A DNA stretch of 64,000 bases, from positions 11,036,001-11,100,000 of the forward strand of contig OX597825.1 in the NCBI GenBank assembly GCA_951406725.2, in the 5' to 3' direction. This DNA comes from Octopus vulgaris. Its lineage: Eukaryota. Made by a program: the position numbers and the translations under genes. Position 1 is the first letter of the stretch. Each line of letters begins with the position of its first letter. This document shows, in pieces, positions 1 through 14,900 of the stretch. The notes beneath the pieces are model-generated. The model saw only the letters and a list, made by a program, of their open reading frames with translations. It had not been told where the DNA came from and did no database searches.

Positions 1-250
1 TACGATGAGTCTACGATTTAAAAAAAAATTTACCATCATTTTTTTTCCATTTTAATGCATTTTTTCGCTATTATATAAGGGAAGTAACTCTCTAAAAATG
101 TCTACGATGAGTCAACGATTTAAAAAAAATTTACCATAATTTTTTTTCCATTTTAATGCATTTTTTGCTATTTTTTGGCTATAACTCTCTAAAAATGCTT
201 ATATAGTTATTTCCCTTACAAACCCGAGCAACGCCGGGCGATACTGCTAG
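1..250 (+). mobile_element. 3' end of a non-autonomous Helitron with ~102-bp internal tandem repeats
   Basis: The unit tacgatgagtc.acgatttaaaaaaaa..tttaccat occurs at 1 and 103. A GC hairpin CCCGAGCAACGCCGGG (223-238) is followed by CTAG (247-250) and T, the canonical Helitron 3' terminus. Confidence 0.75.
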
Positions 251-1264
251 TGTTGAATAAAGTTGTCTTACATGTCCTGCTCTTTTTATAGGGCTGTGGT
301 GTGTAGTTTCGGCAATATTTGGCTGCTATTTCTAACATGAGCATGATCATGTAGATGTTCTTGTAAATTCAATTGGTTCTAGTTCATTACTTGCACTTAT
401 TTATTTTTAATCATAAACAGTTATTTCTGATAGGATTTAAATTTAGAAACCTGACATGATATAATAAGGTTAATAAGTCACGGTCTGGTTTACTTTTGTT
501 TTTGCTATTCCTGTTATAATGATGAATTCCTAACTTTGGCAGAAGACCAGAAGTTTGTTGGAGGATGGCTAAAGACAATTCAATCAACTCCATCTGGGCA
601 CCTATTACATGTTAGAAACCTGTTGCACTGGTATGGACACAGGAATAGATGGTTCTAGTGAGATTAAAAAGTTACTGTGTACTGACAGTGGAAACTACTT
701 GTGATAGAGGGGGAAAACAAACATAAAAAAGACACGGGAAGATATAGTCAGGCGATTATAGGATCTGGGGGCCTCACAAAAAAGATGAAACAAAATTGAG
801 AGGAATAGTAGTGGTAAGTTGTACTTGAGGTCCATTTAGTTGCAGCACTGATGGTGATGCAGCACTGTATCATGTCATCACGGACAATGATGATAGTTAT
901 GATGTCATGACGATGATGACACCACTACTGGATTGGGGTTAAGAGCAACATGCAATATAGATAAGTCTAATAATGATCAATAGCATCAAATGATAACACC
1001 ATAAGAAGAAGAAACAAGAACAAAATAAGCGAACAATGTATAATGCTGCATGTGAACATCTTTGTATGTGTGCATGTGTGAGTGTGTATGCATGTGTGTG
1101 TGTGTGTGTGTATATATAGAGGTCTACATTGATACGTGTATAAGTAAACCTGTGTATGTGTCAGTGAGAGAGATGCTGATAAATCAATGTTATTCTTTCT
1201 TCTACTGCTTTCACTTTTCTGATCTTACTGCTGACAATAGACCACATTCATTTAAATCAACTTT

Positions 1265-1295
<31 letters not shown>

Positions 1296-1869
1296 CTCTC
1301 TCCCTCCCTCCCACCACAATTTCTATGTCTTACTAGACATTTTAACTTGCCTAATCAATGAATGTTTTTCACTCAAAATCATTATTCTCCCTGTCACTCT
1401 AAGGCTCGTTATGTAAAAGTAAAACTTCATTAATGAGGTCTAGTAAGACAGAAACATGTATAGATATATATATATATGGAGAAGTATCTTTTTGATTATT
1501 ATAGTCACAATGTTTTGATTGTTGTAAATCTTGCCTGTCCTACTCAGCAATGTTCTTTTAATATTAAATGAAGCACTTTATTAAATCCCCTGGATATTTC
1601 TCTATGTCAGTGTGTGTGTACGTCAAAAAGTCAACATTTTAAAAGTTTTTTTCTTAGAGATTTACAAAATGTAAACATTCGTACCAGAAGTTGACTCATT
1701 TAATGTCAGAATAGAATTTACAGAAAAAATAAGGGCTTAAATCTAATGAAAATTCAATAAAATCTAATCATAAGTGAGGGAAATTATGTTAAATACAACT
1801 AAATTGAAAAGCTTTTCCCTCTGGCCAAATTGGCAATTCTGAAAACATTTGTGTGTGAATTTTACATGA

Positions 1870-1980
1870 GTAGAAAATTTTTTTAACAATTTTTATCCTG
1901 AAAAATCACCTGTTACCTTTGTTTTAAAGTGAAAGAGAGGAGAAAGTGGAAGATGTATGAATGTGCATATGAAATGGACA

Positions 1981-2018
<38 letters not shown>

Positions 2019-2290
2019 CCACTTACACATACATGAGAACACACATGTTCACTAACTCTTTCTCACACACACATATACATGCACGCATATATACAAAAAC
2101 GATGTGCGCATATTTATTGATGTATGTACGTATACATGACAACACACCCATTCACTCACTCACTCACTCTCTCTCTTCCTCTCTTTCATACACACATCTG
2201 TTTCATATATACGCACATACATCTTTCACTTTCTCCTCTCTTTCACTTTAAAACAAAAGTAAATGAATTATAATTTTTTACAGAAATTAA
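1870..2290. repeat. Inverted pair of Helitron-related fragments around a (TG)n(AG)n tract
   Basis: 1915-1990 (tttgttttaaagtgaaagagaggagaaagtggaagatgtatg) is the reverse complement of 2190-2262. The same sequence recurs inside the Helitron at ~53245-53295. Confidence 0.55.
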
Positions 2291-2705
2291 TGAACTCTGG
2301 ATGATGAAATCACATTCAGTTAAAAATACTTCTAAATGATTAAAATATTGTGTATGTCAAAATGTCGAAGTTTTTCTTTCTTAGAGAGCGCAAAGACTAT
2401 GTGTGTATATATGTCACAGATAGCAGATGTGTTTCTGTGCTAATTGACATGCCATGACATTCATTATATGTGTGAGGTATTCTGTGTGTGTGTTTACATC
2501 ATGGGAGCCATGTATTTTTTCATCAAGAAATAACAAGCAAAAATTGTGTTTAATCGTTGAAATAGAGGTCCAAATATCACAAAAATTTGTACTGCACTGT
2601 AGCAGGTAAGTATGAAAATAAATATGCAAAAAACATTAAGATAAAATATACTATTTCTGATATAGTTTGGGTACACACAAACATCTCTAGAATTTTAGTA
2701 TTATT

Positions 2706-3127
<422 letters not shown>

Positions 3128-3156
3128 TATATATATATATATATTAAAATACTCCA

Positions 3157-3581
3157 ATGCGACCGTACGACAGGCACCCATGCCAACCCCCTTTGCTTGT
3201 GAAGACATGTTGGGGCAAGCGAAATCGAAATCGAATTGAACCAGCCAGGATCCCTGGTCTGGTGGTACGTAAAAGGCACTATCCGACTCGTGGCCGATGC
3301 CAGCACCGCCTCGACTGGCTTCCGTGCCGGTGGCACATAAAATACACCAATCTGACCGTGGCCGTTGCCAGCCTCGCCTGGCACCTGTGCAGGTGGCACG
3401 TAAAAAGCACCCACTACACTCACGGAGTGGTTGGCGTTAGGAAGGGCATCCAGCTGTAGAAACATTGCCAGATTAGACTGGAGCCTGGTGCAGCCTTCTG
3501 GCTTCCCAGAACCCCGGTCGAACCGTCCAACCCATGCTAGCATGGAGAACGGACGTTAAACGATGATGATGATGATGATGA
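3157..3581 (+). mobile_element. Retroposon family C (internal GCCGGTGGCACGTAAAA repeats, RTE-type 3' tail, (GAT)n end)
   Basis: GGTTGGCGTTAGGAAGGGCATCCAGCTGTAGAA...AACCCATGCTAGCATGGA..GGACGTTAAAC(GAT)n. About ten further copies occur in the window. Confidence 0.85.
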
Positions 3582-3639
3582 TTGTTCTGCTTCCACAATT
3601 CTGCAATTTGGTGTTTGTGCATACCTTCACCTATGATTA

Positions 3640-4040
3640 GGAATCTTGGGTAATGGCCAAAAAGAATACATGTGGCTGAGATGGGGTCCCTCCAAAGTGT
3701 CTTTGGAGTAACATTAACCAATAGAATATACAACTCAGAGATCAGAGGTGCTTCAAGTAGAGCTATTACTTCTCCAGATTGAGAGATCACAGCTCTGATA
3801 CTACAGACATGTAAGAATGCCTCAGAAAAGAATTACTGGACAGGTTTTACAAGCAAAACCAACTGGAAGGAGACCTAGGGATAGACCACAAGCAAGATGG
3901 TTGGATAACATCCATGAACTTGGTTGGCCTTACTTGGAGATCCAGCCAGATCAATTAGAGTTGGTTGCTTCTGACAGGAGCCAGTGGAATGTGTTCCCCC
4001 ATCACACTCTCAGGAATAAGTGAGCAAAAATGAGATGAGA
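3640..4040 (+). mobile_element. RTE-type LINE 3' fragment (pseudogenised)
   Basis: Decayed peptide NSEIR...IERSQL.YY.HV.RMPQKRITGQVLQAKPTGRRPRDRPQARWLDNI is typical of RTE ORF C-termini. Confidence 0.8.
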
Positions 4041-4784
4041 CTCTTCTCCCTGACAAATATAATACTTAAACCAGGTGTTGGCAGTTTAATAATAAACTAG
4101 GGCTGGAGAAGCACCATGGGTCTTGTATTATTTCTTAGAAATTTTTAAAGTTGAATGTGTTTGTAGGTGATTGAGTAATTAGTGGCTTTTGGTCTGCCCT
4201 TTGCGTCATAATTTGGTTTAAGTTTTGCTTATGTAAGTATTGTCAGTGATAGAAATGAGGTGATATATGGGAATAATTTCATGCATAAGATATGATATAT
4301 GAAGTAAATGTAATGTATATAGGTAAATGTAAAAAAGAAAAATCAAAACTGGACCTACGTATAAAAGAAGTTGCTGTTCCCTGACCTAAACAAACTGAAA
4401 AAAAATATTGAATAAAATGTTCTGCTCAGAAAAACAGTGAATGTCTATTTTATGAACTGTTAGTCCAATGTCTTATACACATGGCTATCTTTTCTCAAGT
4501 GTATGATTTCTCTTGAAAAGTCAAGAAGAGAAAACAAATTTAATGTCATAATTTAAGGATGATCCACAATTCTAACAAGAATGGCCAACTGTTTGAAATT
4601 TAATCTTTCATCTCCTTTGGATTGGTCACATAGGTAAAGAAAAACTTAGACCTTATTAGATGCTTGTATATCAAAAACTTACTAACAGACCATAATTATG
4701 ATACTACAACCTGTTAAATACTTTTAAGCTCATGATATAAACAATAAGTTATATAATGAACTTTAGTTTTCATGTGGTAATCAT

Positions 4785-5040
4785 CATTATCATCTTCATC
4801 ATCATTTAATGTCTGTTTTCCATGCTGGTGTGGATTGGAGGTTGACAGGAGTTGGGAAGCCAAAGAACTGCACCAGACTGCAATTGTGTTTTGGCATGGT
4901 TTCTATGGCTGGATGTTTTTCCTAATGCCATCCACTTTAGAGGGTGCTTTTTATGTGATACCAGCACAGGTGCTTTTTGTGTAGCCCTAGCACAGGTGCT
5001 TTTTATATGGCACCAACACATGGTTGCCAAGTAGTTTGCA
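4785..5040 (-). mobile_element. Family C retroposon, degenerate
   Basis: (CAT)n followed by TTTAATGTCTGTTTTCCATGCTGG, and TGCTTTTTATGTG repeats. Confidence 0.75.
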
Positions 5041-5616
5041 AAACAGAGACCTCGAGGCTGGAGTATATTAAATTAATACTGTGAATGTCTTTCTTACTAA
5101 CTCATCCAAACATCCATTGTTACTTTAATAAACATCAAACTATTTGCAGGAAACCACTTTGCTTATATTCATCTGAAATGTATAGATTTCAATAATAATT
5201 TGCTTTGTTGTTTGGGATTTTTTTTAGATGTGCTTTGAAAGTCTTTTTTTTTTATTTTTTGTTTTGTGCATACCATAAAAAAACCTGATGTAATAAAAAC
5301 AGACACTTTAAAAGATACACCCACCCACACATTTAAACATACTCACACACACACAACACACACTCACACTCACACACAACACACACGCACACTTTGTGTG
5401 TACACATTATACTGCAATAAAGTAACTTGTGGTGAGATATTCATCGACCTCTTTCTAGCTTTGTGCATACAAAAACACTGGTTGTTATGGGAAGCAGCAT
5501 GATAACAACTATCACATCAGTCATCGTAGGTTCAGTGAGTAAAGACAAAAGCTACAGGTGAGTAGCTTATAAGTTGGAAACACCAGTTGAAATATAACTC
5601 ATATAAAATTCTCACA

Positions 5617-5650
<34 letters not shown>

Positions 5651-7759
5651 TTGACAAGTTAAAAGTCACAACTTTTTTTTAGTATATGGTATCTTTGTTA
5701 CATCAGAAACCAAGAAAGAAGGAAATCTATGTGGTTGAATATTATTTTCTGTAATGAATGTTTGAAGTTTTAAGTCGACATAAACTGATATCTTTATCAG
5801 CCGAGACTATATCATTATCATCATTATCATCAACACCATGATGATGATGATTACTCATCAATATGATGATATTTGTTTATCACCCTCCTCTGCAGCATTA
5901 TTATCATCGCCAGTTTTTGACTTAACACAGGTGATTTTGAGAGAACTTATAAGTAATGAAAATTTTAAAACTAAATTTCAATATCCAAACCACTTTTATT
6001 GAAGACACACATTGGAAATTAGAAAATTGATAGTGTATTTTATCAGACATTCAGTTTATGTAGTTTTGATCAGGTGTGATTGTTTTGACACACACTACGT
6101 GATATTTAATCTGAAAATCATTGTATGAGTTGAAAACACCTGCAAGGTTTTGTCAACTTTACATTAGCAGACAACTGGGAGAATCATCCATAAACTATTC
6201 TATTTATCTCAACTATTTAGCTTTTAATGCCACAAATGCATTTGTATCATAAATAAACTCACAAAGAAAAATTAATCCATTATTATTTATGTTGTCATGA
6301 TTAAAAGATAAAAAAAATATTTTTTAAAGATGAGAAGATACCAGGCACCTGTATAAAGTTGTATGTCAAATTTATATAAAAAGCAAAACAAAACAAAACA
6401 AGATACAAGAAAAAATATGCAAATACACTTGTTATATTTTCTACCTTAAAACTAATTGTGGATTCCATGAAGCAAGCATATTTTGTTGCAAAAGAAGTAT
6501 ATTTAGAACCATTTAGCTCATACCATTACACACACACACACACACAACACAAAATATTGAACCAACTGTTATGTTTTGTAATAGCTAAGATCAAACTTCA
6601 AATGAATACCTCAAGTTTTAAATTATTGTCACGACCATCATTTTAGCTTTTGTGAAGCAGCATGAAAAACGATATGCTTACTTGTGTTTCAGGAACAATT
6701 TGCTCTAATTGATTTCTTTAGATAATAGGCATACATTGCTATATAGAGCAGTGTATTGATTAGTATTATCCTGTTGATATATTTTCTTTTTGTTTTTTAA
6801 TTTCACTGTTTTCATAACAGAACTGGTTAGATAGATCTTCAAATCTTGGATGACTTTTGAAACGGAACTGTTGGAGTTTGTCTTTTAACAAGAGGCTCTC
6901 CTGCTCATTACAATCAATCAACCATGAAGAAGCAAAAAAGTGAAACATTTTGGAGTGCCTACAAGAAAAAGAGATACTAAATATTTCAAAAAATTCTTCA
7001 ACAGCACACCGACTTATATTGTGCCTTATCTCTTCATTGAAATGAATATTGAGTCACACCAATATGTGTTCCTTTGATATGTAGTGGATTTATTACCAAT
7101 TCACCTATGGGAATATATTTAAATTAATCTTTGATTTGTTAACTGAAGTTTAGAGAAAAATGGTCACATGATGCTTTGTAGAGAAATTCAGCTGGAATAA
7201 GTGGTATACTTCTTGTTAACATTCTTAATTGTAACCATTCCTTTTCTATACTAATTTAAAATCTAATATCTCTGCTTTCTCAACTCAAATTGATAACAAA
7301 CAGATCAAACAGAAGTTATTGCTTTTATATTGACATACATTTTACCAGTCATATGTAACATTTTTAATGGATTTACAATTTGCTGATCTTTAGTTGGTAC
7401 AATAACACTATTGCTAAAGATTGTAAACATGTGACTGCAACAGTATTCACAGAAATTTACTATTTGGATGTTATATCTACTTTAAATATCTGCTGGCTGC
7501 TAATTACCTGCAGATGCACTTCACACACAAACAGATGCTCAAGTTGACTTGTTCAGTTCTTAAATCATGTGAGTAGAGAAGTGAGAAGTTTTCACAATAT
7601 CGGTTTTCATGTATCAATGTATCTTTTCACTTTCCACTCAATACTGTAGATCAAATGATGAGATAAAATTCTAGAGTTTTATCTAAAAATTAATTTCTCT
7701 TTTGTAAAAAGTTACAGCAACTTGGTATAAAATTGTAATAGTTTTCTTTTTGTTTTTGT

Positions 7760-7940
7760 TAAATCCCTGGTCATTTTTTATCAAGCAAACTTATGATCAG
7801 AGGCATTCTGGTAGTGAAATCTCATCTTTTTTAGGGCTATGTAAGATTATATTCTCCAGTGCGATCTTTCATTGTGATTTGAGAAGGAAGTAGTTGCTAT
7901 TTCTTGTAGGTTAAACGACATCGTGGTATAGCTCTATTGT
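7760..7940 (+). repeat. Old dispersed repeat (GATTTGGCTGCTATTTCTAGCAGG family), representative copy
   Basis: Related copies at ~300-365, 15810-16000, 24580-24650(-), 29290-29450, 46100-46220, 46920-47060(-), 49320-49500(-), 52960-53020 and 56260-56370. Confidence 0.6.
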
Positions 7941-8294
7941 GGCTTAAGAAAAAATGTTTAGTAAATTTACTCATTTTCCTATTTTCTTAAAAATGTTTAA
8001 GTTATTAACATTTTTAGTATAATTCAAGAATCATTTTTGAAAATAGTACAAATAAGAATTTGGTTAATCTTGTTCTGTTTATTTACATTGTTGAAGCACT
8101 AAAAACTGAAAAAACCCCCATATTTCTGTCAGATTCTATATCTATACATATAATATCACATGCCCATTATCATTTAACATCCATGTTTTATGCTGGCATG
8201 GGTATACATACATGTGTACATACATACTTACATAAGTTTAGAAATTGGCTCTTTCTCTATTGGTAAGAAATCTTGAAATAAACTGAACAATGAC

Positions 8295-8522
8295 ATACAT
8301 GTATACATGCATGCATACATACATACATACATGCATACATACATACATACATACATACATACGTACATACATACATACATGCATGCATACATACATACGT
8401 ACGTACATACATGCATGCATACATACATACATACATACATACATACATACATACATACATACATACATACATACATACATACATACATACATACATACAT
8501 ACATGCATACATACATATATAT
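8295..8522. repeat. (TACA)n microsatellite
   Basis: Direct inspection. Confidence 0.95.
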
Positions 8523-9803
8523 AGAGTGTTTGAAGTGGTATACAGATATTGTATATTTAGAAAAAGGGGACAGTCAGAATTTTGGATAATTCATTATTTT
8601 TGCACTTTCGTTTAAACAAACTCTTCAAGACAGGAATTAAAATCAAAATGATTATAATTCTTATCTTGAAGAGTTCATTTAAACAAACAAAAGCGTTAAT
8701 AATAAAAGAATTATCCAAAATTCTGATTGCCACTTTTTTCTCAATGTACATGTATGTATATATATATATATATACATACACACATATATGTATACACACA
8801 CACACACATGTCTGTGTGTGTGTGCGTACAGACATAGACATACATATATGTATATATATGAAATAATCTACTAGAGTACAAGTGGATAATAATGTCACTT
8901 GGATATTTTTATTGGTGTCTTATAGACAGGTTTATGTCACATTTAATGTAATAGTTCACTTTTTAGTTCTTCATTTCATGACTGTTTCTAGTTCCTTGAA
9001 GATTTAAATTTAGTATATGGTCATAAATCATTTTGATTTCATATAACCATCTAACCATAATAATATTCAGTTAATCTTGACCAGGGAAAGAAAGACCATT
9101 TCTTGATGTTAATTAGCAAGATAAATTGTTCAATTTATGATACAGGTCAAGCTTTTATTATTTTTACAAATATTTTCAGAGACTTTTTTTTTTTATCAGA
9201 CAGGATTTTCCAACTCTTATATTGTGGAGTACCAAACTGTCTCACGGTATTTAGTTTTATGCCTTTCTGAGTTCAAATTCCATTGTGGTTAATAGAACAA
9301 TCATTAGTCTTCTATTGAGATTAACTTAATTATCTTCCTGTACATATTTTTGGCTTTATGCCAGCATAAAATATCATGAGTGTAGCATAAATTTATAATC
9401 TTTAACAATATAATATAAATTTTACCTTTAGATATGCAACATTTATTAATATTTATATCTCCACTGTTTTAATTGGTTGATTTCTAATTATCCTCCAGTG
9501 TCTTAATGATGAATGCATATATAACATCAGACTAGAATTGAACTAGGAACCATGATATCTAAATTAGATGTAATAACATTTTTATGCACCTGGGCACTGA
9601 TGCATGTAGATGCATTTTCCAAGTGAGTGCATTAACATTCACTTTTCTACCATTGACTTGTGCACGGAATTGGATTGGAAAAACATTTCATGGATTCTTT
9701 TGTTGTCTGTGCATCACTGGTCTAGCGAATAAGAACATTGTCACTTTTTGTTTAGAAATAAAGATTCATTGTTCAAATGCAATCTAGCACTATTTATGTA
9801 CCT

Positions 9804-10140
9804 GAGACCCCCTTTGGTCACGACACTGACCATGGGATTGCACCTAGAAAGTTACCCTCCCAGGTACAAGTCCGGGCAAGGTTGTTTATGGAAGACCAGC
9901 AATCACCCATGCATACCAGCCTCCCCTCTCCACATCACCGATGTTATCCAAGGGAAAGGCAAGGGCTGATACAGCTTGGTACCTGTGACGTCGCAAGTCA
10001 TTTCTACAGCTGAGTGAACTGGAGCAACGGGAAATAAAGTGTCTTGCTCAAGAACACAACACGCAGCCCGGTCCAGGATTTGAGCTCACAACCACACGAC
10101 CGTAAGCTCGATGCTCTAACCACTGAGCCATGCGCCTTCA
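9804..10140 (-). mobile_element. tRNA-derived SINE, family D
   Basis: The minus strand starts TGGCTCAGTGGTTAGAGC...GAGCTCAAATCC, then TGTGTTCTTGAGCAAGACACTT. Other copies are at 15300 and 58718. Confidence 0.85.
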
Positions 10141-10891
10141 CACATTTATGTACCTAAGTATATTATATCTGATAGGAATCGGATAAATATTTTTAAATGT
10201 TTCATTTCTTAATATAATATGAAAACACAAAATCTTATTAACAGCAAGTCCTCTTGGACATTCGACAGTTAACCATTATTAATATTATGGTTATTCTTTT
10301 CTAGTTTACTTAACTCTGAATCATCTTATGTAATCTTAACAGCATATGTTAGTTTTAATTATTTCAAATTTTTTTGACCTTATGTATCATGGTTTATAAT
10401 AGGTCATGTTTTTCACATTGTCTTCTTCATTGCTGCTCCCATACAGAAGCTTTGGTTTTCTAAATATAGTGTATTACTCTTTTACTTGTTTCAGTCATTT
10501 GACTGCGGCTATGCTGGAGCAAATTGACCCCAGGACTTATTCTTTGTAAGTTTCTTTGTTGCTCAGGACAGCTGCCACAGTCATTAGATGTTCATGACAC
10601 CTTCATCAGCCTCACCTTTGTTGCTCACTAACACATAATGGTATAAAGATGAAATTCTCACTCCTAACTACAATCCCATATTGCCTATCAAGAGTAACAG
10701 AAGATTTTTTTCCCTTCCATATTACTTTCCGGCTTTTTTCCTTCTGAGCATGCTGATCTTTCATGCTCTAGTGTATTATTGTGTATTTGTTGACATCTTC
10801 CATCACTCTTGTTGCTTGGTCAGAGCAGCTTCCTTGCCTTCTTTTTAGATGATTCCTCTGGTTTCTCTCAGCATCTATTCCTCTATCTTTA

Positions 10892-11358
10892 ATAATAATA
10901 ATAATAATGATAATAATAATAATTGTGTACAGTGCTCAGGTGCACTACAACTCATCTAAAGTGTATATATAATCAGGTGTAGTTTCGGCGGATTTCGGAA
11001 AGCATGAGGGCCTTAAAGGATGCAGTGTCATGGCAGTCAACAACTGATGCAGGCAGTTTATTCCATGCTTCAGCAACTCTGAGCGTGAAAAAATGTTTCC
11101 GAAAGTCATGGGAGTTGTGTTGTTTTCTGACTTTGTAGGCATGTCCACGTGTGTTAGACACATGGAGATCAAAAAGGTGTTCAGTGTTGTTGTTGGTGAG
11201 GTGGTTGATAACTTTGTGGGTGTTTACCAAGTCCGTCGCCAGACGCCGGAGCTTCAGTGAATCCATGCCCAGGGAAACAAGGTGCTCAGAATATGGCAGG
11301 TGTCTGATGGAGGGTATGCGTTTGGTTGCACATCTCTGGACAGATTCCAGGAGGTCAA
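10892..11358 (-). mobile_element. CR1-clade LINE 3' end with (ATT)n tail
   Basis: The ORF reads IDLLESVQRCATKRIP...YSEHL..L.MDSLKLRR..DL...TRGHAYK...RKHFFTLRVAEAWNKLP, the classic CR1 ORF2 C-terminus. Confidence 0.9.
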
Positions 11359-11774
11359 TGCTTCTTCTTGTACTTGTAAAATTACTCAATGCTTCTTCTT
11401 GTACTTGTAAGAGCCTTGTAGTTGCAGCTGTTTTGCTATATCTATCATTATTATTGTTGCTATTTCTGTGACTGCCTTCAGAGGAAATTGAGCTGATGCC
11501 TGCAGTGGATGCAGTGGTGGTGGTGGTGGCATTGGTTGGAACTGTAGCAGATGGCTATGTTGCTTTTGCTTGGCTTCCATATTTTCATGTTTATTGTCTT
11601 GCCGGTGGTGGTGTTGCTGGACATAGCAATTGGTAACTTGTTGTTAAACTGGTGGTAGCAGTGTTATTTTTGTTGTGGTGCTGCCATGCTGATGATGTTG
11701 CTGCTGGTTTTTCTGTTGTTTTCACTGCTACTTACTAGCTGTTATTTTTTTCTGATAATTACTTAAACATCATA

Positions 11775-11920
11775 ATCATCATCATCGTTTAACGTCCACC
11801 TTCCACGCTGGCATGGGTTGGATGCTTTAACAGGAGCTGGCCAGGCAGGAGCCTGCATTGGACTTCTGTATCTGTTTTGGCAGTGTTTTTATGGCTGGAT
11901 ACCTTTCCTAACACCAACCA
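11775..11920 (-). mobile_element. Family C retroposon 3' fragment
   Basis: CATCATCGTTTAACGTCCACCTTCCACGCTGGCATGGGTTGG. Confidence 0.75.
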
Positions 11921-14900
11921 CAGAGAATCATTTCACCAATCCTTCAGAGGGACAACAAAATTTCAGAAAATTATTATATACAAATATCAACAACAAAAAG
12001 TTCCAAATATATATATATAGTATCTCTTTAATCCTATCTTTTTTAGATGGGTATTTAGATTGTAGTTAAGAACAGACTGTCTTTTCTCTTGCTTTGTTTA
12101 AATACAAGATTCATTAGAATAAACTAAATATGCTTCAAAACAGAATTCTGAATGTATGTAACAAACAAATTTTTGATGTGTATTTATAACCTAATAAAGA
12201 ATTAAGTATTCCATAATACATATTTAAAAAAAAAACATTGTGATCTAAGTTTGATGAGTATGCATAACCCAATAAGGATAATGTATTTATAGTTGAAAGC
12301 AAATTATAATCAGTATTTGATGTGTATTTATAAATCTAATATTATTCTCTAATACATTAAGAAACATAAACTTGATTTTCTGTATCTAACTCCTTCAACA
12401 TGTAAGAAGATAAAAACGGCAAGGGAGAATTTTAAACTTTACCTGAGGTTTCATTTCATTTCTATTTATAAGAAATTGTTTCAGTACCTAATCAAAATTA
12501 GGATTTTTTTTGTCATCCAAACTGATTAATTTCAAAGACATTCTTCAAAAATAATTATTTAATAGTCTTCACATTTAATCATTGATATAACAGATATTAC
12601 ATTTGAAATATTAGAATATAAAAAAAACTCCCCATTTAATCCATTTTATAAAATAATTGCTTCTCTCTTACTCATTAATAATTATTTTAATCTGAATAGA
12701 CTATTCTGCAGTTAATCAGCTTTTTGATGAATTGTCTGTATGAGTTTCAGCTAAGTACTTCCTTGTGTGTTGCTTCTCTAAGAAGTATTCATTGATCAAA
12801 AACTATTGTTCATAATAAGGTGTTCTGCTAAGATAACCAACCCATCTGCATATAGAGAATAACAGTCTTTCAATAGAAACCACCACCACTAAAGAAAACA
12901 AAAGCCTAACTACCATCTCAATCCTGTTGTCATTGATATTATTGCTACACTAGTCATTCTTTCTCTAGGCTAGTAATCAATCACTTATTGCTTACTATCA
13001 GTCAAGTATTGATTGATTCAAAGCAATTTTACTTCGCATAGTATGAAGTCATGTCAACAAAGCAGATCATAAAAAGGAAAAAAGGAAACCAAAACATGGT
13101 AAGCGTAAATTAGAGATTAAAATTAATTGCGATTTAAATATTCACAATTCAAAATTAACACTACACTTTAAACGCATGTTACATTCATTTTCTGTGTTTC
13201 TATTTGTCTGTCAGTCTCTCTCTTTCTTTCTCTCTCTCTCTCTTTATATATGTATATGAGAAATATATTAAGTTATGTAACAAAAGCAAATGAACCACTG
13301 TAAAATAAAAATATATGATCATCGTCTAAACTCGAAAATGTCAAATAGAAAATTTTATATAGAACTCACTTTAAAAATATACAATTTTTTGCACTAATAG
13401 AATCGTTAACTTCTGAAAAAGAAATTATTTTTTAAAGGAGCTAAAATATCTTTTTGTTTCACCATAGAGTTTAAAGAATGGAAGCAGTTCAAATCTGTTG
13501 CATGTATATATATATATATATAAATAATGTGTGTGTGTACACACACACACACACACACACACACAACAATAGATTTTAAGTGCATGTATATATAAATACC
13601 TCCCACATTCACACAAGAATTTGTTTTCTTTTCACTGTCATGACTAATTTATCTAAATAATTTTGATTGGTTATTGGGACTATGAAAACAACTCCCTCCC
13701 TTGATTGTCTGAATCTTGAATATATGCAGAGAGATTGTTTATTATTGTTTAGGTCTTATTATTTAGATTTTGTCATTTTTTTTTTCTTAAATAGGCATAT
13801 AATTTATCATCTGATTGGTTAATTATTTACTTCATAAATGAGATGATAAAAATATAATTCTTTAAGAAGCTTCTATGAAATATATTTAATATTGATTAAA
13901 GTTTGCTTAAATACTTTAAATTTACTTACAGTGGTACTTTCTTAATATATAAATGATCTTATGAGAAATCTTTATTTTTTGTTTCTCTTTCATTTTTATT
14001 AAAAATCCCTCTTGGTTAAGCATGTTACTCTTAACATAGATTTTTTTTTAACAATGAGTCTAAAAATGAAATCTCTATCAGTGCTTAAAAGTAATCTTAG
14101 TAATTTCTGCATGCCTATATTTCTGAATAACTATCTGAAGTTCAGAACATCAATTTATATTTAACCAATTGCCAGCTATAATCAATTTTTTTTATATACC
14201 AAATTTTACTATTTTATCAATTCCATAAAGGTTAAGAAGTTAGAATATTTTGGGTAGTTGACCTATATGTCAGTCATATGAGCATAACTATTCTGTTGTT
14301 ACCAAATTGATAACTGTTGCTTGAAAAGTAGTTATTCTCATTCTATGATTACTTGATGTTAAAAGAGTAATCATATTGGAGTCTATCTCCGCAGTAAATT
14401 ATGCAAATATATGGTTTTATGGTGCTATTTGATCATAGTTGCTATGAAAAGATTATTGTCTGAAAAGTAACAATTATCTCTTTTGGACTTAATAGAAAAT
14501 AGGATAATAACTTCATTCCCATTATTCCTAACCCAACATTTTATTGTTTGAATTACTTTATACTGCAGAGATAAAACTCTTTGGTGTGGAAATGTATAAC
14601 TTGAAAACTAGATTGTTAAGTGACAGAATTAGATTCAGTTATAAATTAACTGCAGTTGAGAACATTTATTTATGAGTCTGGAAGTGCTCATTAACTTAGT
14701 ATTTTCACTTAGTTTTGTTTATTTCATGTTTTGCTTGACACTTAATCTGATCTCTCAAAACTGCCTCTCACATCAGAGAACAGCCAGAATAAACTTGACA
14801 CTTTGTTCATGAAGCAGTTGATTACTCTGGTGTACAATTCAGTCTTCTCTCTCTTTTTTTTAAATTTAAGAGCACAAGGATCTTTAACAACATATGGTAA

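Noticed and set aside
3250-3420. Spaced GTGGCAC.TAAAA repeats (also 49740-50030) as a CRISPR-like array
   Set aside because: The spacers are homologous to each other, the context is eukaryotic, and the units are part of retroposon family C.
6821-6970. Acceptor-like site followed by unique sequence
   Set aside because: Stops occur in all frames and there is no clear donor.
11440-11740. Pro/Gln-rich ORF on the minus strand
   Set aside because: Decayed (TGG/TGT/TGC)n trinucleotide repeat with stops.
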